A stretch of DNA of 62,719 nucleotides from Candidatus Undinarchaeota archaeon (lineage in GTDB: Archaea > Undinarchaeota > Undinarchaeia > Undinarchaeales > JALTGF01). Under the pieces are notes generated by a model, which ran no database searches, was not told the origin of the DNA, and saw only the letters and a list, made by a program, of their open reading frames with translations. Below are positions 19,329 through 27,318 of the stretch, piece by piece (the stretch's first letter is position 1; the number at the start of each line of letters is the position of its first letter). The stretch is taken from assembly GCA_964574035.1 (NCBI GenBank), contig CAZNLD010000005.1, forward strand, positions 1 through 62,719, read 5' to 3'. Position numbers and translations under genes: made by a program.

Positions 19329-20813
19329 TTACCAGTTTTCAAGAACTTCAGTAATTAATCTTACACCATAACCAGTTGCCCCTTTGCTTGCATATGGTTT
19401 TGGGTTCTTTGTCTTTTCAATGTAAGCTGTTCCGGCTATATCTAAGTGAGCCCAGTCCGTGTTTTCAGGGACAAAATGTTCAAGAAATGCAGCTGCAGTA
19501 ATTGCTCCCGCCCCTTCTTCGCCTATATTTTTTACATCAGCTACATCTGATTCAAGCTGTTTTTTATATTCTTCCCAGAGAGGAAGCTGCCAAACTTTTT
19601 CAGAGGTCTGCTCTGCTGCATTTTCTATTTTCTGAATGAGCTTCTTATTGTTTCCTAGGAGTCCGGCTGAGACATAACCGAGGGCTACAACACAGGAACC
19701 AGTTAGAGTTGCCATGTCAATAATTGCTTTTGGTTTGTATTTTTTAGAATATGCTAAAGTATCCGCCATAATCAGTCTCCCTTCTGCATCCGTGTTTATG
19801 ATTTCAATGGTTTTGCCTGAGTGTGATTTTATAATATCCCTTGGTTTTTGTGCATCTCCTCCTGTCAGATTTTCAGTTAAAGGAGTTAAACCGATCAAAT
19901 GGATTGAGAGTTTAAGTTCGGCTGCTGCTTTAATTATTCCGTAGACTGCAAGAGCCCCGCATTTATCATAGTGCATATTGTTCATGGCCTTTGTCGGCTT
20001 AATATCTAGACCGCCTGAATCGAAAGTTACTCCTTTTCCTACTAAAACAACAGGTCCTTTTTTACCCCCTTTATACTCAAAAACAACAAGTCTCGGTTCT
20101 TTTGCAGATCCAGCTGAAACTCCGAGGATTGCATTCATATTTTTCTTTTTCATGTCCGATTTTGTTAGGGTTTTGACAGATAATTTTTTATATTTTTTAG
20201 CAATTTTTTTGGCTTCTTTTGCTAAGTATTTAGGTGTTGCAATATTTGCAGGAAGGTCCTGCAAGCTTCTTGTGTAATTAGCAGACTCTGCAAGAATTTT
20301 TCCCCGTTCTGCTGCTTTTTTAACTTTCTTCTTCTTGCCAGGGCAGCCGATTTCAAAGATTTTAATTTCTTTGTCCTCATTATCTTTTTTTGTTTTGTAT
20401 TTATCAAAAGAATATGAAGCAAGATACGCTCCTTCTGCTAAAAGAGATGCAAAAGTATCTACTCCGAGAAGATTTGGCAGGTAAGCAGTAATTTTTTCAG
20501 CACCTTTATTTTTAGCGTAATTAAAAAATGTTGCTGAAGCCTGTCTTATGTTATCGGTTTTGTAGTCTTCTTTCTTTCCAATTCCGATAAGAAGGATTTT
20601 TTCAGCCGGAAGATTTCCTAAAGAAGGAATAACAAATGTTTCATTGAGCTCTCCTTTGAATTCCTTATCTTTCATTGAATTTGTTATTTGGTTGTTGACA
20701 TTGTTATCCAGTGTTTTAAACCGGTACGGCATGTCTTCATCTTGATGTAGAAATACTGCAAGGACATCTGTTTCGATGTCGTGTGGTTTTGACTTATTAA
20801 TTTCTAAATTCAT
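19329..20813 (-). CDS. pepA: Leucyl aminopeptidase (M17)
   Basis: VGKGVTFDSGG and NTDAEGRL. Start moved to the ATG at 20813 (MNLEINK...). The 52-codon extension in the ORF track reads through the repeat-bearing intergenic DNA. Confidence 0.9.
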   Translation of the reverse strand: MNLEINKSKPHDIETDVLAVFLHQDEDMPYRFKTLDNNVNNQITNSMKDKEFKGELNETFVIPSLGNLPAEKILLIGIGKKEDYKTDNIRQASATFFNYAKNKGAEKITAYLPNLLGVDTFASLLAEGAYLASYSFDKYKTKKDNEDKEIKIFEIGCPGKKKKVKKAAERGKILAESANYTRSLQDLPANIATPKYLAKEAKKIAKKYKKLSVKTLTKSDMKKKNMNAILGVSAGSAKEPRLVVFEYKGGKKGPVVLVGKGVTFDSGGLDIKPTKAMNNMHYDKCGALAVYGIIKAAAELKLSIHLIGLTPLTENLTGGDAQKPRDIIKSHSGKTIEIINTDAEGRLIMADTLAYSKKYKPKAIIDMATLTGSCVVALGYVSAGLLGNNKKLIQKIENAAEQTSEKVWQLPLWEEYKKQLESDVADVKNIGEEGAGAITAAAFLEHFVPENTDWAHLDIAGTAYIEKTKNPKPYASKGATGYGVRLITEVLENW

Positions 20814-20938
20814 ATATAGAGATATGCGTAGAAAGTTTTTAAAGTTATTGGAAATTCGGAAAAGAAAACATTTTGCCTCCTTTTGATTTTTAAGTGAAAG
20901 ATGGGCCGACAACCATCGATTTTGGAGCAGAACAGCTT

Positions 20939-21189
20939 TGTGAGGAAAAAAGTTTCGGTTAATCCTCACATTTCGGCTTCAAACCGACGAAAAATGCCTG
21001 AAAACAAAAAAATTAACCCTCACATTTCCGTTTTCAGGCGTAAAAAGCTATCAGGACTCACAAAACTTGTTAAAAATCAATTTTTGGTTCTAAAAGAAGT
21101 CTCACATTTGGGCATTTTGGCCAGGAATTAACCATTTTTACCATTTCAGGACCATTTCTGCTTTTCAGACCAAAAAATTAAATCTCACG
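20939..21189. repeat. Left array of CTCACA-core boxes (5 forward, 1 reversed)
   Basis: CTCACA/CTCACG at 20965, 21019, 21057, 21101 and 21184, plus reversed TGTGAGG at 20939. Extended consensus TTAAyCCTCACATTTCsG at 20958-20977 and 21012-21031. Non-coding. Confidence 0.8.
21131..21157 (+). promoter_or_regulatory. Three phased ACCATTT half-sites upstream of the 21350 gene
   Basis: ACCATTT at 21131, 21140 and 21151 (9-11 bp spacing, about one helical turn). Confidence 0.45.
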
Positions 21190-21349
21190 TGGATTGTTCA
21201 GGAAAATTTTCGAAAAATTTAAGAAAAATATGTAAACTATATAGTGGACGTGTCGTATTACTGATGCATATTGAATTTTTAAATATGTCTACTCGTCGCC
21301 TGACATGTAAACTCACAAGATATATAAAGTTTGAAAATAAAAGAGAGGC

Positions 21350-21895
21350 ATGGATCTGTTAAAAGCCATCGGTTTAAAGAAAAAAAAGAAAAAGAAAAAG
21401 TCCAAAAAGAAGAAAAAAACGTCAACTAAAACCAAAAAAAAGAGAAAAAGCAAGAGCAAGAAAGTTGATAAGCAGAAAAGCAAAATTGAAGACCCGGTTA
21501 TGACCGTTTCCCGTCAGCTTACTAACATACGACGTGATTTACAGGACATGGATGCAGTTGTACGTAACGGTTTTCAAGGACTTAGAGCAGACCACCATAG
21601 GATTCTTGAAGAGCAGTTTGATAAAGAAGACCTGGAAGAATTCAAAAAATGGACCGAAAAAAGAAAACTCACATTACAGCAGATAAAAGGAAGGGTTGAA
21701 AACGAGCTTGAAATGATTGAAATCGATCGGAAGATACTGGATTTGGTTGAAAAAGAAGAGAAAAGATCTGCTGAAATTGCAGAAGAATTGAAAATCAGCA
21801 GACAATACGCTTCTGAAAGGTTGAATGAGTTGATAAGCCAGAAACTTGTAAAAAGGGTTAAAAAAGGGAGAAAAATCTATTACAATGCTAGATAG
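21350..21895 (+). CDS. Winged-helix DNA-binding protein with poly-lysine N-terminus and coiled-coil middle
   Basis: N-terminus GLKKKKKKKKSKKKKKTSTKTKKKRKSKSKK. C-terminus RSAEIAEELKISRQYASERLNELISQKLVKRVKKGRKIYY is a typical wHTH. Confidence 0.7.
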   Translation: MDLLKAIGLKKKKKKKKSKKKKKTSTKTKKKRKSKSKKVDKQKSKIEDPVMTVSRQLTNIRRDLQDMDAVVRNGFQGLRADHHRILEEQFDKEDLEEFKKWTEKRKLTLQQIKGRVENELEMIEIDRKILDLVEKEEKRSAEIAEELKISRQYASERLNELISQKLVKRVKKGRKIYYNAR

Positions 21896-21964
21896 TGATT
21901 TTAGTAATGGGCATCTAAGTATCGTGAGTAAAAGTTTTTAAACCTGCTTAACTTACAGAGAAAC

Positions 21965-22480
21965 ATGACAAACAGCGATAAGTTTTGGAAATTACTGATA
22001 ATCAATACGCTGGACAGTATACAGGAAATTGATACCATTGTTGAAGGACTTGTTGTTGGTATTTTTGGAATTCTGCTCGGAGCAGGCGGTTTTTATTACT
22101 TTGGATACATTGGATTAACGCTGTCTGCGGAGATTTCTTTGCTTGCAGTTTTTGCCTACTTAGCCGTAACTTTTTATCATTTGTATGCTTATGAAAGAGA
22201 TAAAAGGAGAGCAGGTGGTTCGATTGCAAGAGTTATTGAACGGAGCGCAGAAATTTTGATTCTCTTGATAGCGATTATGGTTTTCTATGTTCTGATTTTT
22301 GAACAAATATTGGCAATAAGGACTGTTGCAGAAATTGTCCGGAATTCCAGAAGCGTGATGGCGGTATTTATGAAAAGTTTGCCTGGACTAGCAGTTCTCA
22401 GCATTCCGCTTTTCGGCTGGGAATGGTTTGCTGAGAAAACCCCGACAGATGATATTTTGAAAAAGGTGTTTAAGAAATGA
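21965..22480 (+). CDS. Multi-pass membrane protein, unknown family
   Basis: 171 aa with about 4 hydrophobic helices. ATGA overlap with the next gene. Confidence 0.6.
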   Translation: MTNSDKFWKLLIINTLDSIQEIDTIVEGLVVGIFGILLGAGGFYYFGYIGLTLSAEISLLAVFAYLAVTFYHLYAYERDKRRAGGSIARVIERSAEILILLIAIMVFYVLIFEQILAIRTVAEIVRNSRSVMAVFMKSLPGLAVLSIPLFGWEWFAEKTPTDDILKKVFKK

Positions 22481-22752
22481 ACAACACTACTGAAACAGTT
22501 CAAAATGTTGAGAAAACTGTCAGTTTAATTGACAAAATCGCACACTATCTCGGTAGTTTATCAGATTTGGCAAGCAAAGGGAACGCATATATGCAGGCAC
22601 TTGGATTAAGTCATACTCAATCTTATGTAGTTATTGCAATTGTTGCTTTAGTTGCGCTTCTTGGTGTGTTTAAATTCTTGAAAATCATTACCAAAGTACT
22701 TATTTTTGGCCTAATTGTTTGGATTATTTTGAGTTTAGTGGGAATTTTATAG
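22477..22752 (+). CDS. Small membrane protein (paralogue of 22821-23084)
   Basis: C-terminal half GLSHTQSYVVIAIVALVALLGVFKFLKIITKVLIFGLIVW matches GLSYLHSSILIGIVFLVGFYLTFVMLKIVTKFMIFALTIG in the neighbour. Confidence 0.6.
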   Translation: MNNTTETVQNVEKTVSLIDKIAHYLGSLSDLASKGNAYMQALGLSHTQSYVVIAIVALVALLGVFKFLKIITKVLIFGLIVWIILSLVGIL

Positions 22753-22820
22753 ACCGAAAGATATAGAAACTAAAAGAATCACTAAGATATTGGGAGGAAG
22801 AAAGTAGTGATTAAGAGCAG

Positions 22821-23084
22821 ATGGGCCTGACAACTCTGCTATGGATATTAGAACTTATCGGTGCTATTATGGCTGCCATTGGCGGTTTTATTGGCTGGCT
22901 GTTCTCTGCTTTTACGGGAATAGGCCTCAGCTATCTGCATTCTTCCATTTTAATTGGAATTGTCTTTTTAGTGGGCTTCTATTTGACTTTCGTCATGCTT
23001 AAAATTGTAACAAAATTCATGATATTTGCATTAACTATTGGCTTTATTGGATTGTTTCTGGGAGCTGCAGTGGGGATAATTTAA
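22821..23084 (+). CDS. Small membrane protein (paralogue of 22477-22752)
   Basis: See paralogue. 87 aa, almost entirely hydrophobic. Confidence 0.6.
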   Translation: MGLTTLLWILELIGAIMAAIGGFIGWLFSAFTGIGLSYLHSSILIGIVFLVGFYLTFVMLKIVTKFMIFALTIGFIGLFLGAAVGII

Positions 23085-23593
23085 TCGCTTGATTTCGCTT
23101 TTGCTGTTTCTACTATTGATTTATATTCATTCCCGACTTGTTTTAGGAATATTGAAAATTCTGTACTCGGCCTGACAATTTTTTTGTAATATTTTTGTTT
23201 GCTCCTCTTGCTTGCGAATTTCTCTCTTTTTACGGAAACCATGCCCACTTTTTTAAGTCTTGGAAGAATTATATTGTAAAAAGTTGCTTTTGAATAGTCA
23301 TTTTCCCTAATGAACCTGCCCAAATCATCTCCATGTAACTCGGTTTTCCCTAAAAGAAGGTTCATAAAGTTAGTTGCAACTTCATTGTATACTCTTTGAT
23401 ACTTTTCCGGGAAGATAAGCTGCATTATCTGCTCCAGATCAAGCCTGACGCCTTGGTGATACTTCCATTCCTTCCTAAGCTTCCTTATATCTTTTAACCA
23501 AAGAGTTTCCCTGCTTGGAACGCCTCGGCTGGGCGGCTCTTTTCCGGAATTGGTCTTTTCGCCTTTAACATCATTTTGGTGTGTTTTATCCAT
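23081..23593 (-). CDS. Putative winged-helix protein
   Basis: SKATFYNIILPRLKKVGMVSVKRE resembles a recognition helix plus wing. Convergent with the 21350-23084 unit, with a 4-nt overlap. Confidence 0.5.
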   Translation of the reverse strand: MDKTHQNDVKGEKTNSGKEPPSRGVPSRETLWLKDIRKLRKEWKYHQGVRLDLEQIMQLIFPEKYQRVYNEVATNFMNLLLGKTELHGDDLGRFIRENDYSKATFYNIILPRLKKVGMVSVKREKFASKRSKQKYYKKIVRPSTEFSIFLKQVGNEYKSIVETAKAKSSD

Positions 23594-23625
23594 TATGAGT
23601 TCATACGAGAGAGAGTTATATAAAA

Positions 23626-23855
23626 TTTACCATTATGGTAAACTCTTTGAACATTTTGAAAAAGCAGAAAATTGACATGGTTTAGTATTATGGTGTTGAA
23701 TAAGATATCTCTCCGCCGGGGGCCCGGTGAAACGGCAGGTTCGGGAAAATTTACCTGTTTTTAGGGAAAATAAGAAGTTTTGTTTACCAATATGGTGTTT
23801 TATTGTTATTAGAATATGATAAACAGATGTAAAGTATTACACACCATTTTGGTGT
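23626..23855. promoter_or_regulatory. ACCA-N3-TGGT palindromic operator-like sites
   Basis: TTTACCATTATGGTAAA (23626-23642, perfect 17-bp palindrome), ACCAATATGGTG (23786-23797), ACCATTTTGGTG (23843-23854), and half-site ATTATGGTGT (23687-23696). Confidence 0.6.
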
Positions 23856-24139
23856 TAAATGTCTTTCAGATTTAAAAGATTTTCAATGTGTTTTGCAAGT
23901 TTATGGCCGTCTTCTGTAAGCTGTATATACTTGGTCCTGCCGTCCTTTTCTGTTTCAATTAGGCCCATTTTTTCCATTTTTTTAACTAGTTTGGATGCGT
24001 GAGCATATGTGCAGTCGATATGTTTTGCAAGAGAATTAGTATAAGGATTTTCCTTTCTTTTTATTGAAACAATCAATCTTGCAGGCATTTTCTGGAAGAA
24101 AAGCCCTTCAATGTCAACTGAATTTATGGAATTTGCCAT
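23855..24139 (-). CDS. Small MarR/TrmB-like winged-helix regulator
   Basis: YTNSLAKHIDCTYAHASKLVKKMEKMGLIETEKDGRTKYIQLTEDG is a classical wHTH with wing. Confidence 0.75.
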   Translation of the reverse strand: MANSINSVDIEGLFFQKMPARLIVSIKRKENPYTNSLAKHIDCTYAHASKLVKKMEKMGLIETEKDGRTKYIQLTEDGHKLAKHIENLLNLKDI

Positions 24140-24250
24140 CTCAAAAGCAGATATGTTGTTCTAATTTATATAGTTTAATGTATGGTTAAGTGTAGATAAA
24201 TTGGACTTTATTATAAATCGATAGACTGCGATATGAGTTTAACTTAAATA

Positions 24251-24611
24251 TGTGAGAGATAGATTTTCGGTGTAAACTTGGGTATGAAAATATGAATAGA
24301 TGAAAGTATTAGTAAATGCCGAAATGTGAGAGGTCTTAACCGAAAGAAATGGACTAACAAGAGGAGAGGATGAAAATAGCTGGTTGAAGGCAGGATTTAG
24401 TGTGATTTGTGAGAGCGTAAAGTTCGGATAGGAAATTTGGATGCGTAAAAAAATTGAGAACAGATGGAAAAAAGCAGTTGGGGCTATGAAAATTGAAAAA
24501 ATTGAACTAGTGCAGTATGCTCATTGTGAGACTGAGTATGAAAGTATGAAAATAATACTACCTGCCAAATTTGTGAAACTTGCTTAGACCAAAAAAAATA
24601 AGTCTCACAAA
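24251..24611. repeat. Right array of TGTGAG-core boxes (inverse orientation of the left array)
   Basis: TGTGAG at 24251, 24325, 24408 and 24525, TGTGAA at 24572, forward CTCACA at 24603. GCCGAAATGTGAGAGGTCTTAACCGAAA (24318-24345) is the reverse complement of 20953-20977 apart from a 3-nt indel. The ATGAAAr motif is also repeated about 7 times. Confidence 0.8.
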
Positions 24612-24710
24612 AACAGCAAGCTTAACTTGAGTAGAAAAAAAGGGAAAAAGGTTCTTGGTTATAACTTTTCAATGGTTAAATACTTATATTTCAAAAAGAA
24701 CTTAATAAAC

Positions 24711-25358
24711 ATGGCTTTAAAGAAGCTGACTGTGAAGAAGATAGATGATGAAGAACTTGAAAAACTTAGGAGCATGCTGATTGATGATTTTGCTTCTCCA
24801 ATTGCTAAACTTGCACGTAAAAAAAGTATTAATGACCCTGAAGCAAAGACTGCGTTAAAAAATGTCCTAAAAATGATGCGTTATGTTAACAGAGCATTGC
24901 GATCTGCAGACAAACTAAATAATGAATTAGTTGCAGATGTTTATAAAAAAATTGTAAAAATCTATAAGGGTGGATGGTTCTTTAATAGAGGTGGACTAAA
25001 AGACTTTGTTGAAAAGTATGCACCCGGACTTGCTATTAAAGTTCCTGATTTGGATGCCGAAGACTTATCTAATTCGGCAAAAGTAAAAAATATAATTTCA
25101 ATTATGTATGATAACTTGAATAGGGCAGATTCTAAGCTTGAATCTATTGCTACTAAAGGAGTTTACAAGGCAACAAAAGGAGATATAGAAAAACAGCAGA
25201 TACTTGCTATTGCGTGCATGACTGGTTTTTGTTTTGCAGTTGTTTGTTTGAGTTATGGTTCTATAGGAAGCGCAGCCCAATTATTTATGCACAAACCAGA
25301 AACCTTTGACGAATTTGAAAAAATTGCAAAAAAGAGCATTGGCGTACTTTTGCATTAG
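24711..25358 (+). CDS. Hypothetical protein with C-terminal TM segment
   Basis: ATG at 24711 preceded by TTATATT about 25 nt upstream; the ORF track uses an upstream TTG at 24627. Hydrophobic ILAIACMTGFCFAVVCLSYGSIG. Confidence 0.55.
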   Translation: MALKKLTVKKIDDEELEKLRSMLIDDFASPIAKLARKKSINDPEAKTALKNVLKMMRYVNRALRSADKLNNELVADVYKKIVKIYKGGWFFNRGGLKDFVEKYAPGLAIKVPDLDAEDLSNSAKVKNIISIMYDNLNRADSKLESIATKGVYKATKGDIEKQQILAIACMTGFCFAVVCLSYGSIGSAAQLFMHKPETFDEFEKIAKKSIGVLLH

Positions 25359-25482
25359 AATATTTAGATTAAAAGAATAGATTTAACTGGTTTTATTATA
25401 AATTTTTTATAAGAAACAGAACGCTGCAATTGCTTGAAGAAGAAAAGAAAAGTATAATTAAGATATGTGAAATAAGTATAGC

Positions 25483-25770
25483 ATGAATAAGAAAAAAGCA
25501 GAGTGCCAATTCTGTGGAAGTAAAAAAGTGGTCGTTTTAGAGACCGAACATCCGGAAAACAGGCATCAAGGGAGTAAAAGATGGTCGGAAGTTTCATTAA
25601 TTGATATTCTTAGATGGGTTAATAGAGAAAAACAAAAGACTGATGGGCAAGATATCAGTAAGCAGGTGCCTGATTTTGTAAAAAGCTGGATGAGAGTAGG
25701 CGTAAAATTTGAGCTTTGCCCTGAATGTAAAAAAATCATAATTTCTCCGATGAAACAAAAGAGACTTTAA
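25483..25770 (+). CDS. Zinc-ribbon protein
   Basis: CQFC near the N-terminus and CPEC near the C-terminus, 95 aa. Confidence 0.55.
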   Translation: MNKKKAECQFCGSKKVVVLETEHPENRHQGSKRWSEVSLIDILRWVNREKQKTDGQDISKQVPDFVKSWMRVGVKFELCPECKKIIISPMKQKRL

Positions 25771-25982
25771 GCTTTTGTTATTTTAACGCCTTTATGTTCT
25801 AAGAGAGTTAAATAAGAGTTAAATCCTTTCACTTTAGAATCATCAAATTCAATTACAAAAGAATAACCGTCCTGTTCTTTGTTTTCCTTGAAAGTCACAT
25901 CGGTATAAGTCGTCCAGTTTGCAATTGTTCTTAAAAAGACAGGAATTATTCTGTCGTCGTGAAAGGTTATTTTCAATTTCAT
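25767..25982 (-). CDS. Hypothetical small protein
   Basis: 71-aa ORF, convergent 4-nt overlap with the zinc-ribbon gene. No motif recognised. Confidence 0.4.
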   Translation of the reverse strand: MKLKITFHDDRIIPVFLRTIANWTTYTDVTFKENKEQDGYSFVIEFDDSKVKGFNSYLTLLEHKGVKITKA

Positions 25983-26128
25983 TTTCAGATTAAAATGGAG
26001 CTGGCTTTATTTATAATTTTAGAAGAGCCTGCTTCCGAAACCTTTAAAAAGGGCAGCAACTACTTCATTCCTACCTAGTTCTAGAGTAAGGGAACAAGGA
26101 AAATAAAGAAAATGGAGGAAATAAAGAA

Positions 26129-26413
26129 ATGGCTGATGTAAAATTTGAAACTCTTAAAGCTGAGATAGTCGACTTTGGCAACAACAATTTTATTGAAGTT
26201 GCAAGAAAGAAAGCTATCACTTCTGAAGGATCAAATGAATTTCTTGCAGTAAGCAGAGGCTTCTACGCACCTGACGGAAGCAAGAGATTCAAGAAAAGCT
26301 TCACCATTCCGGATGACGACAAAGTTGTTAATTTTATCGTAGAAAAACTTCCAGGAATGCACAAAGCCGGCGGAAAACCTGCCGAAGAAGATGAAGAAAA
26401 GAAAGAAGAGTAA
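26129..26413 (+). CDS. Small protein, possibly PC4/YdbC-like ssDNA-binding fold, with acidic tail
   Basis: FIEVARKK...FLAVSRGFYAPDGSKRFKKSFTIPDDDKVVNFIVEKL resembles by eye the PC4 pattern (ID(I)REYW..P.GE..PGRKGISL..EQW..L). GGAGG Shine-Dalgarno sequence upstream. Confidence 0.35.
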   Translation: MADVKFETLKAEIVDFGNNNFIEVARKKAITSEGSNEFLAVSRGFYAPDGSKRFKKSFTIPDDDKVVNFIVEKLPGMHKAGGKPAEEDEEKKEE

Positions 26414-26488
26414 ACAAACTTAGGAAAAAAAGAAAAGCGTGGAGCGGAAATGTAACTGCGATGATAGCGTTCACTATATTTCTAAAAA

Positions 26489-26776
26489 TTAAATAGGAAC
26501 TAGTTTTTGCTTTTTCTTAATTTTGAAATTATTTTCTTCTAGTTTTTTAAAAAACTCAGATATTTTATCCCGGTTTCCGTCTACTCTGCAGGTTATATAC
26601 TCTTTATTGACAGGATCCGGATAAAAACGAGTTATTGCAATTCCATCTACTTTATTTTTGAAATTGTCAAGCTCTTTCTTCTTGTCTCTGCAGTATTTCT
26701 TAGGGTCTTTTATTTTTGAGTTTTTTAGAGTTAATAAAAAAGTGTTCATTGATAAACTATACTTTTGTTGCTTCAA
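26489..26776 (-). CDS. Hypothetical small protein
   Basis: 95-aa K-rich ORF. An internal ATG at 26749 would remove the 20-nt overlap with the upstream gene. Confidence 0.4.
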   Translation of the reverse strand: MKQQKYSLSMNTFLLTLKNSKIKDPKKYCRDKKKELDNFKNKVDGIAITRFYPDPVNKEYITCRVDGNRDKISEFFKKLEENNFKIKKKQKLVPI

Positions 26777-27272
26777 GTCCTTTTTCTTTTAATAAACTAC
26801 TGAGATTTTCAATATCCTCTTCAGCTCCTGAAAAAACCACGAGGTCCTTGGAGGTTTGCCGGTACTTTGTTCCTTTAAAATTTAAATCAGACGACCTATA
26901 TAGTAAATCAAGATATATTGCAAGTAATTTGCCTTTCGGGAGTGACTTGTCTAATACTTTAGATATGTCTCCTTCTGAAAGATATTTGGTTAAGAGATTA
27001 AAAATGCCCTTATTTTCACCCTCTCCTGAGATATGTTCAAATAATATTTCGAATGTTTTTTCTTTTGATAGTTTTTCAATTAAAAAGTCAATCACTTCGT
27101 CTTTTGTTTTTTTGGATGAACTTTCAAATAATGGGAAAAATATCTTGTTTGACAGTACTTCGAAAGCAACGGAATCTTCTTTTTTAACCTCCTCCGAACA
27201 TTCCTTTATTATTTTTTGAATAGAATCTTTAGATTTCGGTAGTTTTACCATTAAGCGTTGATCTTTGATCAT
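26757..27272 (-). CDS. Hypothetical protein
   Basis: 171-aa K/E-rich ORF, preferred over the S/F-rich antisense ORF 26716-27219. Confidence 0.5.
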   Translation of the reverse strand: MIKDQRLMVKLPKSKDSIQKIIKECSEEVKKEDSVAFEVLSNKIFFPLFESSSKKTKDEVIDFLIEKLSKEKTFEILFEHISGEGENKGIFNLLTKYLSEGDISKVLDKSLPKGKLLAIYLDLLYRSSDLNFKGTKYRQTSKDLVVFSGAEEDIENLSSLLKEKGLEATKV

Positions 27273-27318
27273 AACAAATAAGTCAACTAATTAGAATATA
27301 AACTTTTTGAAGGGAAAA

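Noticed and set aside
20814-20969. 52-codon N-terminal extension of the pepA ORF
   Set aside because: The extension has no aminopeptidase similarity and reads through the repeat-bearing intergenic DNA. A good ATG at 20813 gives the normal M17 N-terminus.
23700-23745. GC-rich patch CTCTCCGCCGGGGGCCCGGTGAAACGGCAGGTTCGGG, considered as a tRNA fragment or small structured RNA
   Set aside because: No cloverleaf can be drawn. The only pairing is a 5-bp CCGGG/CCCGG stem with a 2-nt loop. No tRNA-like T-loop (GTTCRANYC) is present.
20939-24611. CRISPR array as an explanation for the repeated boxes
   Set aside because: The conserved core is only about 10-18 nt. Spacing is irregular (38-117 bp), the two arrays have opposite orientation, and no cas genes are present.
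26716-27219. 167-aa + strand ORF
   Set aside because: S/F-rich mirror of the K/E-rich minus-strand ORF 26757-27272, which fits the composition of the rest of the proteome.
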